Below are positions 38,125 to 48,557 of a DNA stretch of 56,304 nucleotides, in pieces. How positions within the stretch are numbered: the stretch's first letter is position 1; each line of letters starts with the position of its first letter. This DNA is from Kiritimatiellia bacterium (GTDB lineage: Bacteria; Verrucomicrobiota; Kiritimatiellia; UBA8416): assembly GCA_007129405.1 (NCBI GenBank), contig SKVN01000047.1, positions 1 to 56,304 of the forward strand, in the 5' to 3' direction. A program made the translations under genes and the position numbers. The notes beneath the pieces were generated by a model. The model ran no database searches. It was given only the letters and a program-made list of their open reading frames with translations, and was not told the DNA's origin.

Positions 38125-39324
38125 ATGCCATTTGCCGACATAGAGAAAGCGCTTGCCGCAATTCGCCAAGGTCGTCCGGTTATTGTTACCGATGATGCAC
38201 GTCGGGAAAACGAGGGAGATCTGATTTGTGCCGCCGAAAAGGCCGATGCTGCGATGATCAATTTTATGACGCGTTTCGGGCGGGGCTTGATTTGTACCGC
38301 ACTTGAGCATGATCAGTTGCAGCGACTCAGGTTATCGCCGATGGCAGCGCGCGGAAATAGTGGCGATCACTTTGGTACGGCGTTTATGGAATCAGTGGAC
38401 GCCAAAGAAGGCGTTACGACCGGGATTAGTGCGCATGACCGTGCCCGGACGGTACAGGTCCTGATCGATGCGGGTAGTGTAGATACGGATCTTGTGAGTC
38501 CAGGGCACATGTTTCCCTTGCGTGCGGTCGCCGGGGGTGTATTGCATCGGGCTGGGCACACGGAAGCATCCGTCGATTTGGCGCGAATGGCGGGATTGAA
38601 ACCCGCAGGTGTGATCTGTGAGATTTTGCATGAGGATGGCACGATGGCGCGCTTGCCGGATTTGGAAGCATTTGCCCGACAGCATGACTTGCTCATGATT
38701 AGTATTGCCGATCTGATTGCCTATCGACGACGGATGGAGAAACAAATTCGTTTTATTCGGGGGGTGCGCTTTCCGACAGACGCGGGCATTTTCCAGTTGC
38801 GACTGTACGAGTCGATTGTCGATGGGGAACACCATATTGCGTTGGTGATGGGGATGCCTGCGCAACAAGCGGCACCTTTGGTGCGCGTGCATAGTGAATG
38901 TTTAACTGGTGATGTTTTCCACTCACAGCGGTGTGATTGCGGTTTGCAGTTGCACCGGGCCATGCAAATGGTGGGAGAAGAGGGGCATGGTGTCATTTTA
39001 TATATGCGACAAGAAGGGCGTGGCATTGGCTTGGCGGCGAAAATACATGCCTATGCATTGCAGGATGGCGGGTTGGATACGGTTGAGGCAAATGAGAAAT
39101 TGGGGTATGAGGCTGATTTGCGTGATTATGGTGTTGGTGCGCAGATTTTAACGGAATTGGGGCTTCATCGTATACGTTTGATGACAAATAACCCGCGCAA
39201 GGTTGTGGGGCTCGAAGGATATGGATTGACGATCACGGAGCGTGTTCCCATTGTGTGTGAACCGGGAAGTGAAAATGCCAAGTATCTTGCCACGAAGCGC
39301 GAGAAATTGGGGCACCTTATCTGA
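38125..39324 (+). CDS. ribBA: Bifunctional 3,4-dihydroxy-2-butanone-4-phosphate synthase / GTP cyclohydrolase II
   Basis: Motifs RRENEGDL and [17 protein letters not shown] are present. AGGAGG lies at 38113-38118. Confidence 0.96.
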   Translation: MPFADIEKALAAIRQGRPVIVTDDARRENEGDLICAAEKADAAMINFMTRFGRGLICTALEHDQLQRLRLSPMAARGNSGDHFGTAFMESVDAKEGVTTGISAHDRARTVQVLIDAGSVDTDLVSPGHMFPLRAVAGGVLHRAGHTEASVDLARMAGLKPAGVICEILHEDGTMARLPDLEAFARQHDLLMISIADLIAYRRRMEKQIRFIRGVRFPTDAGIFQLRLYESIVDGEHHIALVMGMPAQQAAPLVRVHSECLTGDVFHSQRCDCGLQLHRAMQMVGEEGHGVILYMRQEGRGIGLAAKIHAYALQDGGLDTVEANEKLGYEADLRDYGVGAQILTELGLHRIRLMTNNPRKVVGLEGYGLTITERVPIVCEPGSENAKYLATKREKLGHLI

Positions 39325-39376
39325 AAAGCTGAAAAGCTGAAAAGCTGGAATGCGGGAATGTTGAAATGGGATGTTG
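39321..39376. repeat. Degenerating 8-bp tandem array
   Basis: CTGAAAAG x3 is followed by CTGGAATG, CGGGAATG, TTGAAATG and GGATGTTG. The array starts on the ribBA stop codon. Confidence 0.75.
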
Positions 39377-39587
39377 CGTAAATAGGTTTTGCTGGTTTTG
39401 AACCACAAAGGCACAATCGTACAAGACTTGTCGACTGTGCTATTCTAGCCGGAAAAAAGGATGTCGAAAATCACAGGTCGGTTATGTTGAGGTAGAGGGA
39501 TAGGGGCCTACTAAGATTTGCTTTGATGTTTCTGTGTTTGAGCGGTTTGCGGTCTTCAGTCTGTAGTCTAAAAAGGAGGAGGAAAGG

Positions 39588-40055
39588 ATGAAAGAGGTAT
39601 CGGTAACGTTGGTAGCGAATGGCAAGAAGTTCGCGATTGTGGTGAGTCGTTTTAATGATTTGTTGACGAAGCAATTAATTGGCGGGGCGGAAGATTGTCT
39701 TGTTCGACATGGTGCGTCTCCTGATGCTGTTACAGCGGTATGGGTACCAGGGGCGAATGAATTGCCGCAGGTTGCGAAGCGTTTGGCTGCGAGCGGTACG
39801 TTTGATGCTGTGATTGTCTTGGGTGCTGTTGTGCAAGGCGCTACACCGCATGCAGACTTGATTAATGGACAGGTTGCCCGAACGCTCAGCCAGATAGCGT
39901 TAGACACGGGGGTTCCGGTTATTAATGGTGTGGTTTGTGCCAGTTCGCTGGAACAGGCACTGGAACGTTGTGGTACGAAGGCCGGCAATAAAGGTTGGCA
40001 AGCTGCACAAGCCGCCATTGAAATGGCCAATATTGTAGAAGCGCTAGGAGCGTAG
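39588..40055 (+). CDS. ribH: 6,7-dimethyl-8-ribityllumazine synthase
   Basis: The 155-aa ORF contains FAIVVSRFN and WVPGA.ELP. The RBS is AAAGGAGGAGG. Confidence 0.95.
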   Translation: MKEVSVTLVANGKKFAIVVSRFNDLLTKQLIGGAEDCLVRHGASPDAVTAVWVPGANELPQVAKRLAASGTFDAVIVLGAVVQGATPHADLINGQVARTLSQIALDTGVPVINGVVCASSLEQALERCGTKAGNKGWQAAQAAIEMANIVEALGA

Positions 40056-40058
40056 AAG

Positions 40059-40508
40059 ATGGCTACAAGGCGCGATGCTCGTGAATGGGCTTTGCAGATC
40101 GTTTTCAGTCTGGACTTGAATGCGAAAGCAGAATTGGATTGGTTACTTGCGGATTTTTTTTCTGAAAACCCGAAGAAGGATTTAAAGAATCGGGCTTTTG
40201 CCGAAAAGTTGGTGCGCGGGGTTTATGCGGAGCAGCCTACGATTGATGCGATTATTTCGAAATATGCGCAGCACTGGAGTATTACCCGTATGGCAGCCGT
40301 TGACCGGAATGTGCTGCGGATTGCCCTTTATGAGCTCTTGTTTTGTCCGGATGTACCGCCTGCAGTGGTGATTAATGAGGCTATTGATCTGGCCAAGTAT
40401 TTCAGCAACGCGGAATCGGGTCGCTTTGTGAACGGGATTCTCGATCGGGTCCGGCGCGAATTGGCGGTGGAAAGGAACGCAGTGACGGATGGCATTGGTA
40501 AGCCGTGA
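40059..40508 (+). CDS. nusB: Transcription antitermination factor NusB
   Basis: The 149-aa ORF contains RR.ARE.ALQ and NGILD. Confidence 0.92.
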   Translation: MATRRDAREWALQIVFSLDLNAKAELDWLLADFFSENPKKDLKNRAFAEKLVRGVYAEQPTIDAIISKYAQHWSITRMAAVDRNVLRIALYELLFCPDVPPAVVINEAIDLAKYFSNAESGRFVNGILDRVRRELAVERNAVTDGIGKP

Positions 40509-41583
40509 AGAGCACACATTGTGGATGCAACGGGCCTTGGCTTTGGCTGCCAAGGGAGAGGGGAAAACGCATCCAAATCCGCCCGTAGGTGCTGTTGTCG
40601 TTCGTGATGGACTTTTGATCGGTGCGGGCTATCACCGTAAGGCTGGGGGTGCACATGCGGAAGTAGCGGCGCTGCGTGGTTTGCGTCGCGATCAAACGCA
40701 AGGGGCAAGACTTTATGTAACGCTTGAGCCTTGCTCGACGCATGGACGAACACCACCATGTACGGAAGCCATTCTTGCTGCGGGTATTGCCGAGGTCATT
40801 GTAAGCGTAAAGGATCCGAATCCGAAACACGCGGGTCGGGGGTTGCGCATACTGCGCAAACATGGCGTGCATGTATCTACCGGTGTTTGCATGCAAGAGG
40901 GCGCTGCTTTACTGGCGCCTTTTGCAAAATGGGTTACGACGGGGCGGCCCTATGTGACTTTGAAAATGGCAATGAGTTTGGATGGTCGTATTGGGGATGC
41001 CCAAAAGCATTCTCAATGGATAACCGGTCTGGCTGCCCGTCGAGAGGTGCAATCGTTGCGTCGCCGTGTGGATGCCGTTCTTGTGGGGGCGGGTACGGTT
41101 GCAGCGGATAATCCGTCCTTACTGGTGAAGGCAAGATCTGCCCAGCAGCCCTTGCGTGTCGTTTTGGATGGATCTGGGCGTATTACACGCACCGCAAAAG
41201 TTCTATGCGATGGTTATCCAACTGTTATTGTGGTTACGGAAGATTGCTCGCCCGCGCGTAGAAGGAAGCTTGCGAAGCCGAATGTTACCCTTTGGGCTTG
41301 CGGGAAGGGTTCGCGGGTTGATGTGGGGTGCTTATTGCAGCGTTTGGGCGCAGAAGGATATTTGCATGTATTGTGTGAAGGGGGCGGTGCGTTAGCTGGT
41401 GCGCTGTTGCGTGAACATGCTGTGGATGTATGCCGTTTTTATGTTGCGGGGTGTTTGCTGGGGGGCAATGGTGTTCCTGTTACAGGATTGCCGGGATGGT
41501 TGCTCGAGGATGCACCGCGGTTGCGTTTTGCTGATGTGCGGCGTGTTGGGGAGGATGTTTGTCTAGTCGCTACACCAGAATAA
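40489..41583 (+). CDS. ribD: Bifunctional diaminohydroxyphosphoribosylaminopyrimidine deaminase / 5-amino-6-(5-phosphoribosylamino)uracil reductase
   Basis: Motifs THPNPPVGAV, HAEVAAL and LEPC...PPC are present. The gene overlaps nusB by 20 nt. An alternative start exists at 40525. Confidence 0.92.
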   Translation: MALVSREEHTLWMQRALALAAKGEGKTHPNPPVGAVVVRDGLLIGAGYHRKAGGAHAEVAALRGLRRDQTQGARLYVTLEPCSTHGRTPPCTEAILAAGIAEVIVSVKDPNPKHAGRGLRILRKHGVHVSTGVCMQEGAALLAPFAKWVTTGRPYVTLKMAMSLDGRIGDAQKHSQWITGLAARREVQSLRRRVDAVLVGAGTVAADNPSLLVKARSAQQPLRVVLDGSGRITRTAKVLCDGYPTVIVVTEDCSPARRRKLAKPNVTLWACGKGSRVDVGCLLQRLGAEGYLHVLCEGGGALAGALLREHAVDVCRFYVAGCLLGGNGVPVTGLPGWLLEDAPRLRFADVRRVGEDVCLVATPE

Positions 41584-41597
41584 GCACAGGAGTTGAA

Positions 41598-42242
41598 ATG
41601 TTTACGGGATTAATTGAAACAGTGGGGCGTTTAACGCGCATGGAATCGCGTTCGGCGGGGGCGCGGCTTGTGATTTCGCGCGAAGGGACGTGGGATCCGG
41701 CATTAGAGCTTGGCGAGAGTATTGCGGTTCAGGGGGTGTGTTTGACGGTAACGGAGGCAGGCACAGATTGGTTTGCATGTGATGTGCTTTCCGAAACGTT
41801 GCAGCGAACGACGTTGGCCTCGGCTCGTAAAGGCCAGGCATTGAATTTGGAGAGAGCGTTGCGGTTGGGCGACCGGTTTGGGGGGCACATGGTCAGTGGT
41901 CATGTGGATGGTGTTGGTACGCTGGAACAAATACGCATGGAGGGGGCCGATCGCGTTGTGCGCGTGCATTGTGCCCGGGATGTGACAGAGGGGATTGTTT
42001 TGAAGGGGTCGGTTGCTCTGGATGGTATCAGTCTGACGGTTACGCGCTTAGATGCAGATGCTTTTGAGGTAAAAATTATTCCATGGACATGGCAACACAC
42101 GAGTTTACGCGATCGTCAGGCGGGAGATCGCATGCATGTGGAAATTGATATGATCGGCAAATATGTGAAGCGGTATATGTCGCAAGTGAACGATTCTTCG
42201 TTGACGGAAGCGCAATTGCGTGCTGCGGGATACGGAGGATGA
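41598..42242 (+). CDS. ribE: Riboflavin synthase alpha chain
   Basis: MFTGLIE at the N-terminus is the canonical start. The duplicated barrel motif GESIAVQGVCLTV / GSVALDGISLTV is present. Confidence 0.94.
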   Translation: MFTGLIETVGRLTRMESRSAGARLVISREGTWDPALELGESIAVQGVCLTVTEAGTDWFACDVLSETLQRTTLASARKGQALNLERALRLGDRFGGHMVSGHVDGVGTLEQIRMEGADRVVRVHCARDVTEGIVLKGSVALDGISLTVTRLDADAFEVKIIPWTWQHTSLRDRQAGDRMHVEIDMIGKYVKRYMSQVNDSSLTEAQLRAAGYGG

Positions 42243-42432
42243 AGGTTGCCCGGTATACCGTACGCGTGCTTCCGTGCTGTTCGCGTTTTGATGGATGTCC
42301 TTGGGGGCGATGACTCGGTGCATGGATTTGTTGATGGGGGATCTTTACACACGTTTTTATCTGATGTAGAGTTCAAAGTCTTCTTGCGATACGTTGAGAT
42401 ATTGGTAACGAGGGAATAAAGGAAAATCAGGT

Positions 42433-42738
42433 ATGGGTGATGCAGAGCAGGCAAAAGCGAGTGGTCTGGATGTGGCATATGTGGCGCATCTGGCGCGCCT
42501 ACATTTGCGCGATGATGAAATTGCCCTGTTTCAAGGACAGATGGAACAGATCGTTCATTATGTGGAGCAAATTGGAAAGCTGGATGTTGATGGTGTTGCG
42601 CCGTTGTCGCATACCGTTTCGGTTTCCAATGTATGGCGCGAGGACGAGCCGCGTCCCGGTATCGATCATGGCAAGGTGATGGATAATGCTCCGGAGCAAC
42701 GTGATGGTTTGATTGCCGTTCCCAAAATCGTTGAATGA
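42433..42738 (+). CDS. gatC: Asp/Glu-tRNA amidotransferase subunit C
   Basis: The 101-aa ORF contains VAHLARLHL..DE. Its context is gatC-gatA-gatB. Confidence 0.9.
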   Translation: MGDAEQAKASGLDVAYVAHLARLHLRDDEIALFQGQMEQIVHYVEQIGKLDVDGVAPLSHTVSVSNVWREDEPRPGIDHGKVMDNAPEQRDGLIAVPKIVE

Positions 42739-42777
42739 TAGATTTTGCTGCATGTGCAGGAATCGAGGTATAAGTAT

Positions 42778-44235
42778 ATGGGGGATACCAATTTGGATGT
42801 TTCGCGTTTAACGATCCGGGAAGCGGGAGATCTGCTGGCTAGCGGGGCCTGTTCTGCGGTGGATCTTACAGACGCTTTGCTACGACGAATCCAGGATGTC
42901 GATTCCAACATACATGCGTATGTTTCTCTGGATGCGGATTTTGCCTTGCAGCAAGCTCGTGCGGCCGATGAAGCGCGTGCGCAGGGGAAGTCGGGCCCCT
43001 TGTTGGGAATACCAATCGGGGTGAAGGACCTCTTGAATGTCGCGGGGCAGCCGTGCACATGTTCATCGCATATTCTTGAAGGTTATACAGCGCCCTATGA
43101 TGCCACCGTGATTGCCCGGCTCAGGGAGGCTGGTGCCGTGTTTGTGGGGCGCACGAATATGGATGAGTTTGCGATGGGGTCCTCCACCGAAAACTCGGCC
43201 TACATGGTAACGCGGAATCCTGTCGATTTGGAGCGTGTGCCCGGAGGTTCCAGCGGCGGCTCGGCTGCTGCATTGGCGGCAGGAGAGGCAATTGCTACCC
43301 TTGGAACGGATACAGGAGGATCGATCCGACAGCCTGCTGCATTTTGTGGGTGTGTGGGTTTGAAGCCGACGTATGGTCGTGTTTCCCGGTATGGTTTGAC
43401 GGCATTTGCCTCGTCATTAGATCAAATTGGTCCTATGACGCATACCGTTGAAGATGCGGCGATATTGCTCCAGGCTATGGCGGGTCTGGACACCATGGAT
43501 TCGACCACACTGGATGTTCCTGTTCCTGATTATAGGGCGGCTTTACAACATGATTTGAAGGGGATGCGTCTTGGTTTGCCTAAGGAGTATTTTGTGGATG
43601 GCATGGACGATGCGGTGCGTGCGTCTATTCTGCAGGCGGTTGATACGTGCCGAGCTCTGGGGGCGGAGATTGTGGATGTTTCCCTGCCGCATACCGAGTA
43701 TTCGATTGCTGTCTATTATATCATTGCGACGGCTGAAGCATCGGCCAATCTGGCTCGTTTTGATGGTGTTCGCTATGGGCGTCGTGTTTCGCCAGGAAAT
43801 GATCCTGTGGAGATGTATGGTGCGACACGAGAAGCGGGGTTTGGCGCTGAAGTGAAGCGCCGCATTATTCTTGGAACGTATGTCCTGAGTAGCGGTTATT
43901 ATGATGCGTATTATTTACGTGCACAGAAAGTGCGCCGTTTAATTTTGCAGGATTTTGAAAACGCGTTTGCCACCTGTGATGCCTTGTTGGCCCCCGCGAC
44001 ACCGACGCCTGCTTTTCGCGTGGGAGAGAATACGGGGGATCCCTTGAAAATGTATTTAAGTGATGTATTCACTGCTACAGCAAATCTGGCGGGTATTTGT
44101 GCCATGTCGGTGCCTTCTTTTTCCACATCGGAGGGATTACCCGTAGGGTTGCAGATTTTGGGGCCCGCGCTGGGTGAAACGCAGATATTGCGGGTCGGGC
44201 ATGCATTTGAGCAGCGCAAGAAGGCGGTGGCGTGA
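42778..44235 (+). CDS. gatA: Asp/Glu-tRNA amidotransferase subunit A
   Basis: The amidase signature GGSSGGSAAA is present. The start was chosen at the ATG at 42778. Confidence 0.95.
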   Translation: MGDTNLDVSRLTIREAGDLLASGACSAVDLTDALLRRIQDVDSNIHAYVSLDADFALQQARAADEARAQGKSGPLLGIPIGVKDLLNVAGQPCTCSSHILEGYTAPYDATVIARLREAGAVFVGRTNMDEFAMGSSTENSAYMVTRNPVDLERVPGGSSGGSAAALAAGEAIATLGTDTGGSIRQPAAFCGCVGLKPTYGRVSRYGLTAFASSLDQIGPMTHTVEDAAILLQAMAGLDTMDSTTLDVPVPDYRAALQHDLKGMRLGLPKEYFVDGMDDAVRASILQAVDTCRALGAEIVDVSLPHTEYSIAVYYIIATAEASANLARFDGVRYGRRVSPGNDPVEMYGATREAGFGAEVKRRIILGTYVLSSGYYDAYYLRAQKVRRLILQDFENAFATCDALLAPATPTPAFRVGENTGDPLKMYLSDVFTATANLAGICAMSVPSFSTSEGLPVGLQILGPALGETQILRVGHAFEQRKKAVA

Positions 44236-45662
44236 TGGTTTACGAGACGACCATAGGGTTAGAAGTGCATGTGCAACTGAAGACGCGCACAAAGATGTTT
44301 TGTGGTTGCGCGACAGGTTACGGTGAGGCTCCGAACACATTGGTGTGTCCGGTTTGTCTGGGGTATCCAGGAGCCATGCCGGTCATGAACCGGGAGGCCA
44401 TCGGTTTGACGGTCGTCAGTGGGCTTATGCTGGGGTGCGATATTGCGCATTGGAGCAAGTTTGATCGCAAGAGCTATTTTTATCCGGATATGCCTAAGAA
44501 TTACCAGATCTCGCAGTACGACAAGCCTCTTTGTTTAGGCGGAGGGGTAAAGATTGATCTGGAGGATGGCACGGAAAAAACGATTGGGCTGACGCGTATC
44601 CACTTAGAGGAGGATGTCGGGAAGAATACCCATTTTGGTGCATCGAGTGGGGTGGATTTTAATCGGGCTGGGCATCCTTTGATGGAGATTGTCACGGAGC
44701 CGGACCTGTCTTCGCCAGAAGAAGCTTACGCCTTTTTACAGGCGCTAAAGCAAATTTTGCTGTATGCTGGTGTCAGTGATTGCAATTTAGAAGAGGGCAA
44801 CATGCGGTGCGACGTGAACGTGAGTATGCGTCCGGTTGGGCAGCAAGAGCTGGGAACAAAAGCAGAGCTGAAGAATCTGAATACGTTCAAAGGGGTTTTC
44901 CATGCATTGCAGTACGAGCAGGAGCGGCAAGCGGCTCTCTTGGATCGCGGAGAACGTGTGGTTCAGGAAACGCGCCGCTGGGATCCCGATCGCGGGGAGA
45001 CCAGCAGTATGCGTACCAAGGAAGACGCGCATGACTATCGCTATTTTCCCGAACCGGACTTATTGCCCGTGGTGCTGGAAGATGCACAGATCGACGCGTG
45101 GCGCAAGGCATTGCCAGAAGCCCCGCGCGAGCGCAGAGCACGTTTTGTGCAGACTTATGGTCTGCCGGCATATGATGCCGGTGTGCTGGTTGCGGAGCGG
45201 GAAGTAGCCGACTTTTTTGAGGAGGCGGTACGTGCGGGAGGAAATACCAAGGCGGTTTCAAATTGGATCATGACGGATGTTTTGCGTGTGCTTTCTGAAA
45301 AGGGTGTCGGGATTCTTGCGTTGCCACTCACGGCAGCATCTCTCGGAGCCTTGACGAAGCTTGTAGAGGATGGTGCCGTTAACATGACGGGGGCAAAAGA
45401 GATTTTTGCCGTGTTGGCAAACAAGGGTGGTGATCCAGCAAGGCTACTCGATGAATTGGGTTTGGCGCAAGTAAGCGATACGGGGGCTTTGGAAAAGATG
45501 GTGGATGAAGCGATTTCTGCCAACCCGAAGTCCGTTGCGGATTATCGTAATGGCAAGGCTGCTGCTGCCCAGTATTTGATGGGACAGGTGATGCGCCTCA
45601 GTCGCGGAAAGGCAAACCCACCGATGGTGCTGGAGATGTTAAAGCAAAAGCTGGATCAATAA
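44235..45662 (+). CDS. gatB: Asp/Glu-tRNA amidotransferase subunit B
   Basis: The N-terminus is MVYETTIGLEVHVQL. The start overlaps the gatA stop (TGATG). A GTG at 44232 is an alternative. Confidence 0.95.
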   Translation: MVYETTIGLEVHVQLKTRTKMFCGCATGYGEAPNTLVCPVCLGYPGAMPVMNREAIGLTVVSGLMLGCDIAHWSKFDRKSYFYPDMPKNYQISQYDKPLCLGGGVKIDLEDGTEKTIGLTRIHLEEDVGKNTHFGASSGVDFNRAGHPLMEIVTEPDLSSPEEAYAFLQALKQILLYAGVSDCNLEEGNMRCDVNVSMRPVGQQELGTKAELKNLNTFKGVFHALQYEQERQAALLDRGERVVQETRRWDPDRGETSSMRTKEDAHDYRYFPEPDLLPVVLEDAQIDAWRKALPEAPRERRARFVQTYGLPAYDAGVLVAEREVADFFEEAVRAGGNTKAVSNWIMTDVLRVLSEKGVGILALPLTAASLGALTKLVEDGAVNMTGAKEIFAVLANKGGDPARLLDELGLAQVSDTGALEKMVDEAISANPKSVADYRNGKAAAAQYLMGQVMRLSRGKANPPMVLEMLKQKLDQ

Positions 45663-45724
45663 TCGTTTTTCGCATAGGCTGGCGGTCATAGTGTAAGTCT
45701 TTTTAGAACGAGAGGATCAGAAAT

Positions 45725-47428
45725 TTGACTTCGAATGATACATACGTATTGGATGTTCTCTGCGATCATGGCATTGTCACAGAAGAGCAAGCGAACGATG
45801 CGCGTGAGCGTGTTGCTCTTGAGGGGACTTCGCCGGTAGATTTGCTGCTCGCGGAGAATGTTGTCAGTGAAGATGATGTGTTGGGTACCTTGGCAGGGGT
45901 ATTTGGCATGGAATTTGTGTCCCTCCATGATTTTGATATTCCTGCGGAGGCGCGCGACTTGGTTTCGGCCGAAACGGCTCGTCGGTATGCCATTGTTCCC
46001 CTATATAAAACGGCCGATGGAATTACGGTTGCCCTCAGTGATCCCTTGGATTTCGATACGCTCGACGCATTACGATATTTGTTGAAAATTAATGTTGAAG
46101 GTGTCGTCGCACGCCCGAAAGAGTTGCGGGCCTTGTTGGATCGCTATTATCCGGCTGAGGCCGATGTTGAGAACATGCTCAACCAGATATCTGATGGTGC
46201 TGTGGATGTGGAAACGGTGCCGGACGAGTTGATTGATAGTGGTGATGCAAGTGAGTCGGATGCCCCGATTATCAAGCTTGTGAGTCTGATTATTCTTGAG
46301 GCGTATCGTCATCATGCCTCAGATATTCATTTAGAACCACTGGAGAAACGATTTCGCGTTCGCTATCGGATTGATGGCGTACTGCATGAAGTTGATGGTC
46401 CTCCCAAGCGCTTGCAGTCGGCTATTATCTCTCGTGTGAAAATCATGGCAGGCATGAAGATTTCGGAGCGGCGCATACCGCAAGATGGACGCATCCAAGT
46501 CAATATTCAAGGTCGCGAGTTGGATTTACGTGTATCAACGGTGCCGGCAAACAATGGTGAGAGCATCGTGATGCGTATTCTGGATAAGCAAAATCTTGCT
46601 TTGGGTTTACCCAAGTTAGGATTTTTCTCAGACGATCAACAATTATTTGAGCGGCTGATTGGTTTGCCGGACGGGATTTTGCTGGTGACGGGTCCAACGG
46701 GTTCGGGAAAGACGACGACTTTGTATGCTTGTCTGAATCACATTAACCGCCCGGATCGCAAAATCATTACCGTTGAGGATCCTGTTGAATATCAGATGTC
46801 CGGTATTAATCAGGTGCAGGTGAATACAACGATCGGGATGACGTTTCCCTTGGCACTGCGCTCTATTTTGCGTCAGGCGCCCAATATTGTGATGATTGGT
46901 GAAATTCGTGATAAAGAGACGGCGCAGATTGCCACGGAGGCGTCGCTTACCGGTCACTTGGTTTTTAGTACGCTGCACACCAATGATGCGCCAAGTGCCA
47001 TTACGCGTTTGCTGGATATTGGTGTAAAACCGTTTTTAGTCGCTTCGTCCATTCGTGCTGTGATGGCACAGCGTCTTGTTCGTTGCATTTGTGAGCACTG
47101 CAAAGAAGAATATGATCCGGATGAGTCGTCCATTCGGTCTTTGGGTCCAGCGGGGGAGCCGCTTTTGGGACGCAAGTTGACGCGGGGCCATGGTTGTAAT
47201 CAGTGCTCACTAACAGGGTATTCCGGTCGTAAAGGTTTGTTCGAGGTCTTCGTGATTAATGATGCCATTCAGCACATGATTTTTGAAAAGATGTCCGTTT
47301 CGGAAATGCGTCGGCATGCGCGCGAATTGGGCATGCGTACCTTGCGTGAAGATGGCGTTCGAAAAGTTGGAGCAGGGGTGACAACGTTAGAGGAAGTGTT
47401 GCGTGTAACCATGGGAGATTCAGACTGA
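45725..47428 (+). CDS. GspE/PilB-family secretion ATPase with N-terminal T2SSE_N-type domain
   Basis: The 567-aa ORF has Walker [11 protein letters not shown], Asp and His boxes, and the tetracysteine motif C..C...C..C. The start is TTG. Confidence 0.9.
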   Translation: MTSNDTYVLDVLCDHGIVTEEQANDARERVALEGTSPVDLLLAENVVSEDDVLGTLAGVFGMEFVSLHDFDIPAEARDLVSAETARRYAIVPLYKTADGITVALSDPLDFDTLDALRYLLKINVEGVVARPKELRALLDRYYPAEADVENMLNQISDGAVDVETVPDELIDSGDASESDAPIIKLVSLIILEAYRHHASDIHLEPLEKRFRVRYRIDGVLHEVDGPPKRLQSAIISRVKIMAGMKISERRIPQDGRIQVNIQGRELDLRVSTVPANNGESIVMRILDKQNLALGLPKLGFFSDDQQLFERLIGLPDGILLVTGPTGSGKTTTLYACLNHINRPDRKIITVEDPVEYQMSGINQVQVNTTIGMTFPLALRSILRQAPNIVMIGEIRDKETAQIATEASLTGHLVFSTLHTNDAPSAITRLLDIGVKPFLVASSIRAVMAQRLVRCICEHCKEEYDPDESSIRSLGPAGEPLLGRKLTRGHGCNQCSLTGYSGRKGLFEVFVINDAIQHMIFEKMSVSEMRRHARELGMRTLREDGVRKVGAGVTTLEEVLRVTMGDSD

Positions 47429-48534
47429 TGAGCGAAGAACATGAAATGATGTCGGGCGAACATGTTGAAATGGATGATCTGTTGCAGCTTGCGGTAGATG
47501 AGGGTGCCTCCGATTTACATTTGACCGTGGGATTGCCGCCGATGATGCGTTTGCATGGTCATTTGGAAGGATTAGACTGTTCTCCATTGACGCCCGCCGA
47601 TACGGAGCGCTTAATGAAAAGCATTACGTCATCCAGTGACCAGCAGAAGTTACGCGAAAGCGGGGGCAGTGACTTTGGGTTTGGTTTTGGAGATCAGGCC
47701 CGTTTTCGCGTCAGTATTTTTAAACAAAAAGGGCATGTCGGGATTGTGTTGCGTCAGATTCCCAAAGATTTATTGACATTGGAAAAAATTGGTTTGCCAG
47801 CGCAATTTCGAGAACTGTTGTTCCGTCCTCGGGGGCTGATTCTGGTGACGGGGCCTACGGGGTCTGGCAAGACGACGACGCTGGCGAGTATGATTAATGT
47901 GATTAATGAGGAACGCGATTGCCACATTATTACGATTGAGGATCCGGTTGAGTATTACCATGCACACAAGAAGTCTGTCATAACGCAACGTGAAATTGGT
48001 GTTGACGTTCCTTCTTTTAGCGAAGCGCTGCGGCGCGCATTACGACAGGATCCGGACGTGATTCTTGTCGGTGAAATGCGCGATTTGGAGACGATGGCTG
48101 CCGCCATTTCTGCAGCAGAAACGGGGCATTTAGTGTTTGCAACGCTGCACACGACGGGTGCGGCTGCCACCGTCGATCGTATTGTAGATGCTTTTCCTAC
48201 GGACCAGCAGGAGCAGATCCGCACGCAGTTAGCGAACGGTATCGTGGCCGTTGTTTCGCAGTTGCTACTTGTTCGTCAGGATCGCCCTGGTCGTGTGGCT
48301 GCCTTTGAAATTATGATTTCAACCTCTTCGATTCGCTCTTTAATTCGAGATAACAAAACGTTTCGAATTACATCGGATATTCAAACGGGTGCAAAATATG
48401 GTATGGTTACCATGGATACGTATCTGATGGCTTTGTATCAGGCTGGTCAAATCAGTTATGAGGATTTGATTTCCAAAGCGCAGGATCCCGAGTCGATTCG
48501 GCAAAAATTGCAGGAGGCCGCGGATGGCCGTTAG
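47428..48534 (+). CDS. pilT: Type IV pilus retraction ATPase PilT
   Basis: The 368-aa ORF has [10 protein letters not shown] and no N-terminal extension, and contains AAFEIM. The start overlaps the upstream stop. Confidence 0.88.
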   Translation: MSEEHEMMSGEHVEMDDLLQLAVDEGASDLHLTVGLPPMMRLHGHLEGLDCSPLTPADTERLMKSITSSSDQQKLRESGGSDFGFGFGDQARFRVSIFKQKGHVGIVLRQIPKDLLTLEKIGLPAQFRELLFRPRGLILVTGPTGSGKTTTLASMINVINEERDCHIITIEDPVEYYHAHKKSVITQREIGVDVPSFSEALRRALRQDPDVILVGEMRDLETMAAAISAAETGHLVFATLHTTGAAATVDRIVDAFPTDQQEQIRTQLANGIVAVVSQLLLVRQDRPGRVAAFEIMISTSSIRSLIRDNKTFRITSDIQTGAKYGMVTMDTYLMALYQAGQISYEDLISKAQDPESIRQKLQEAADGR

Positions 48535-48557
48535 GCGGAAATCTGGAGCAGGTAGAT

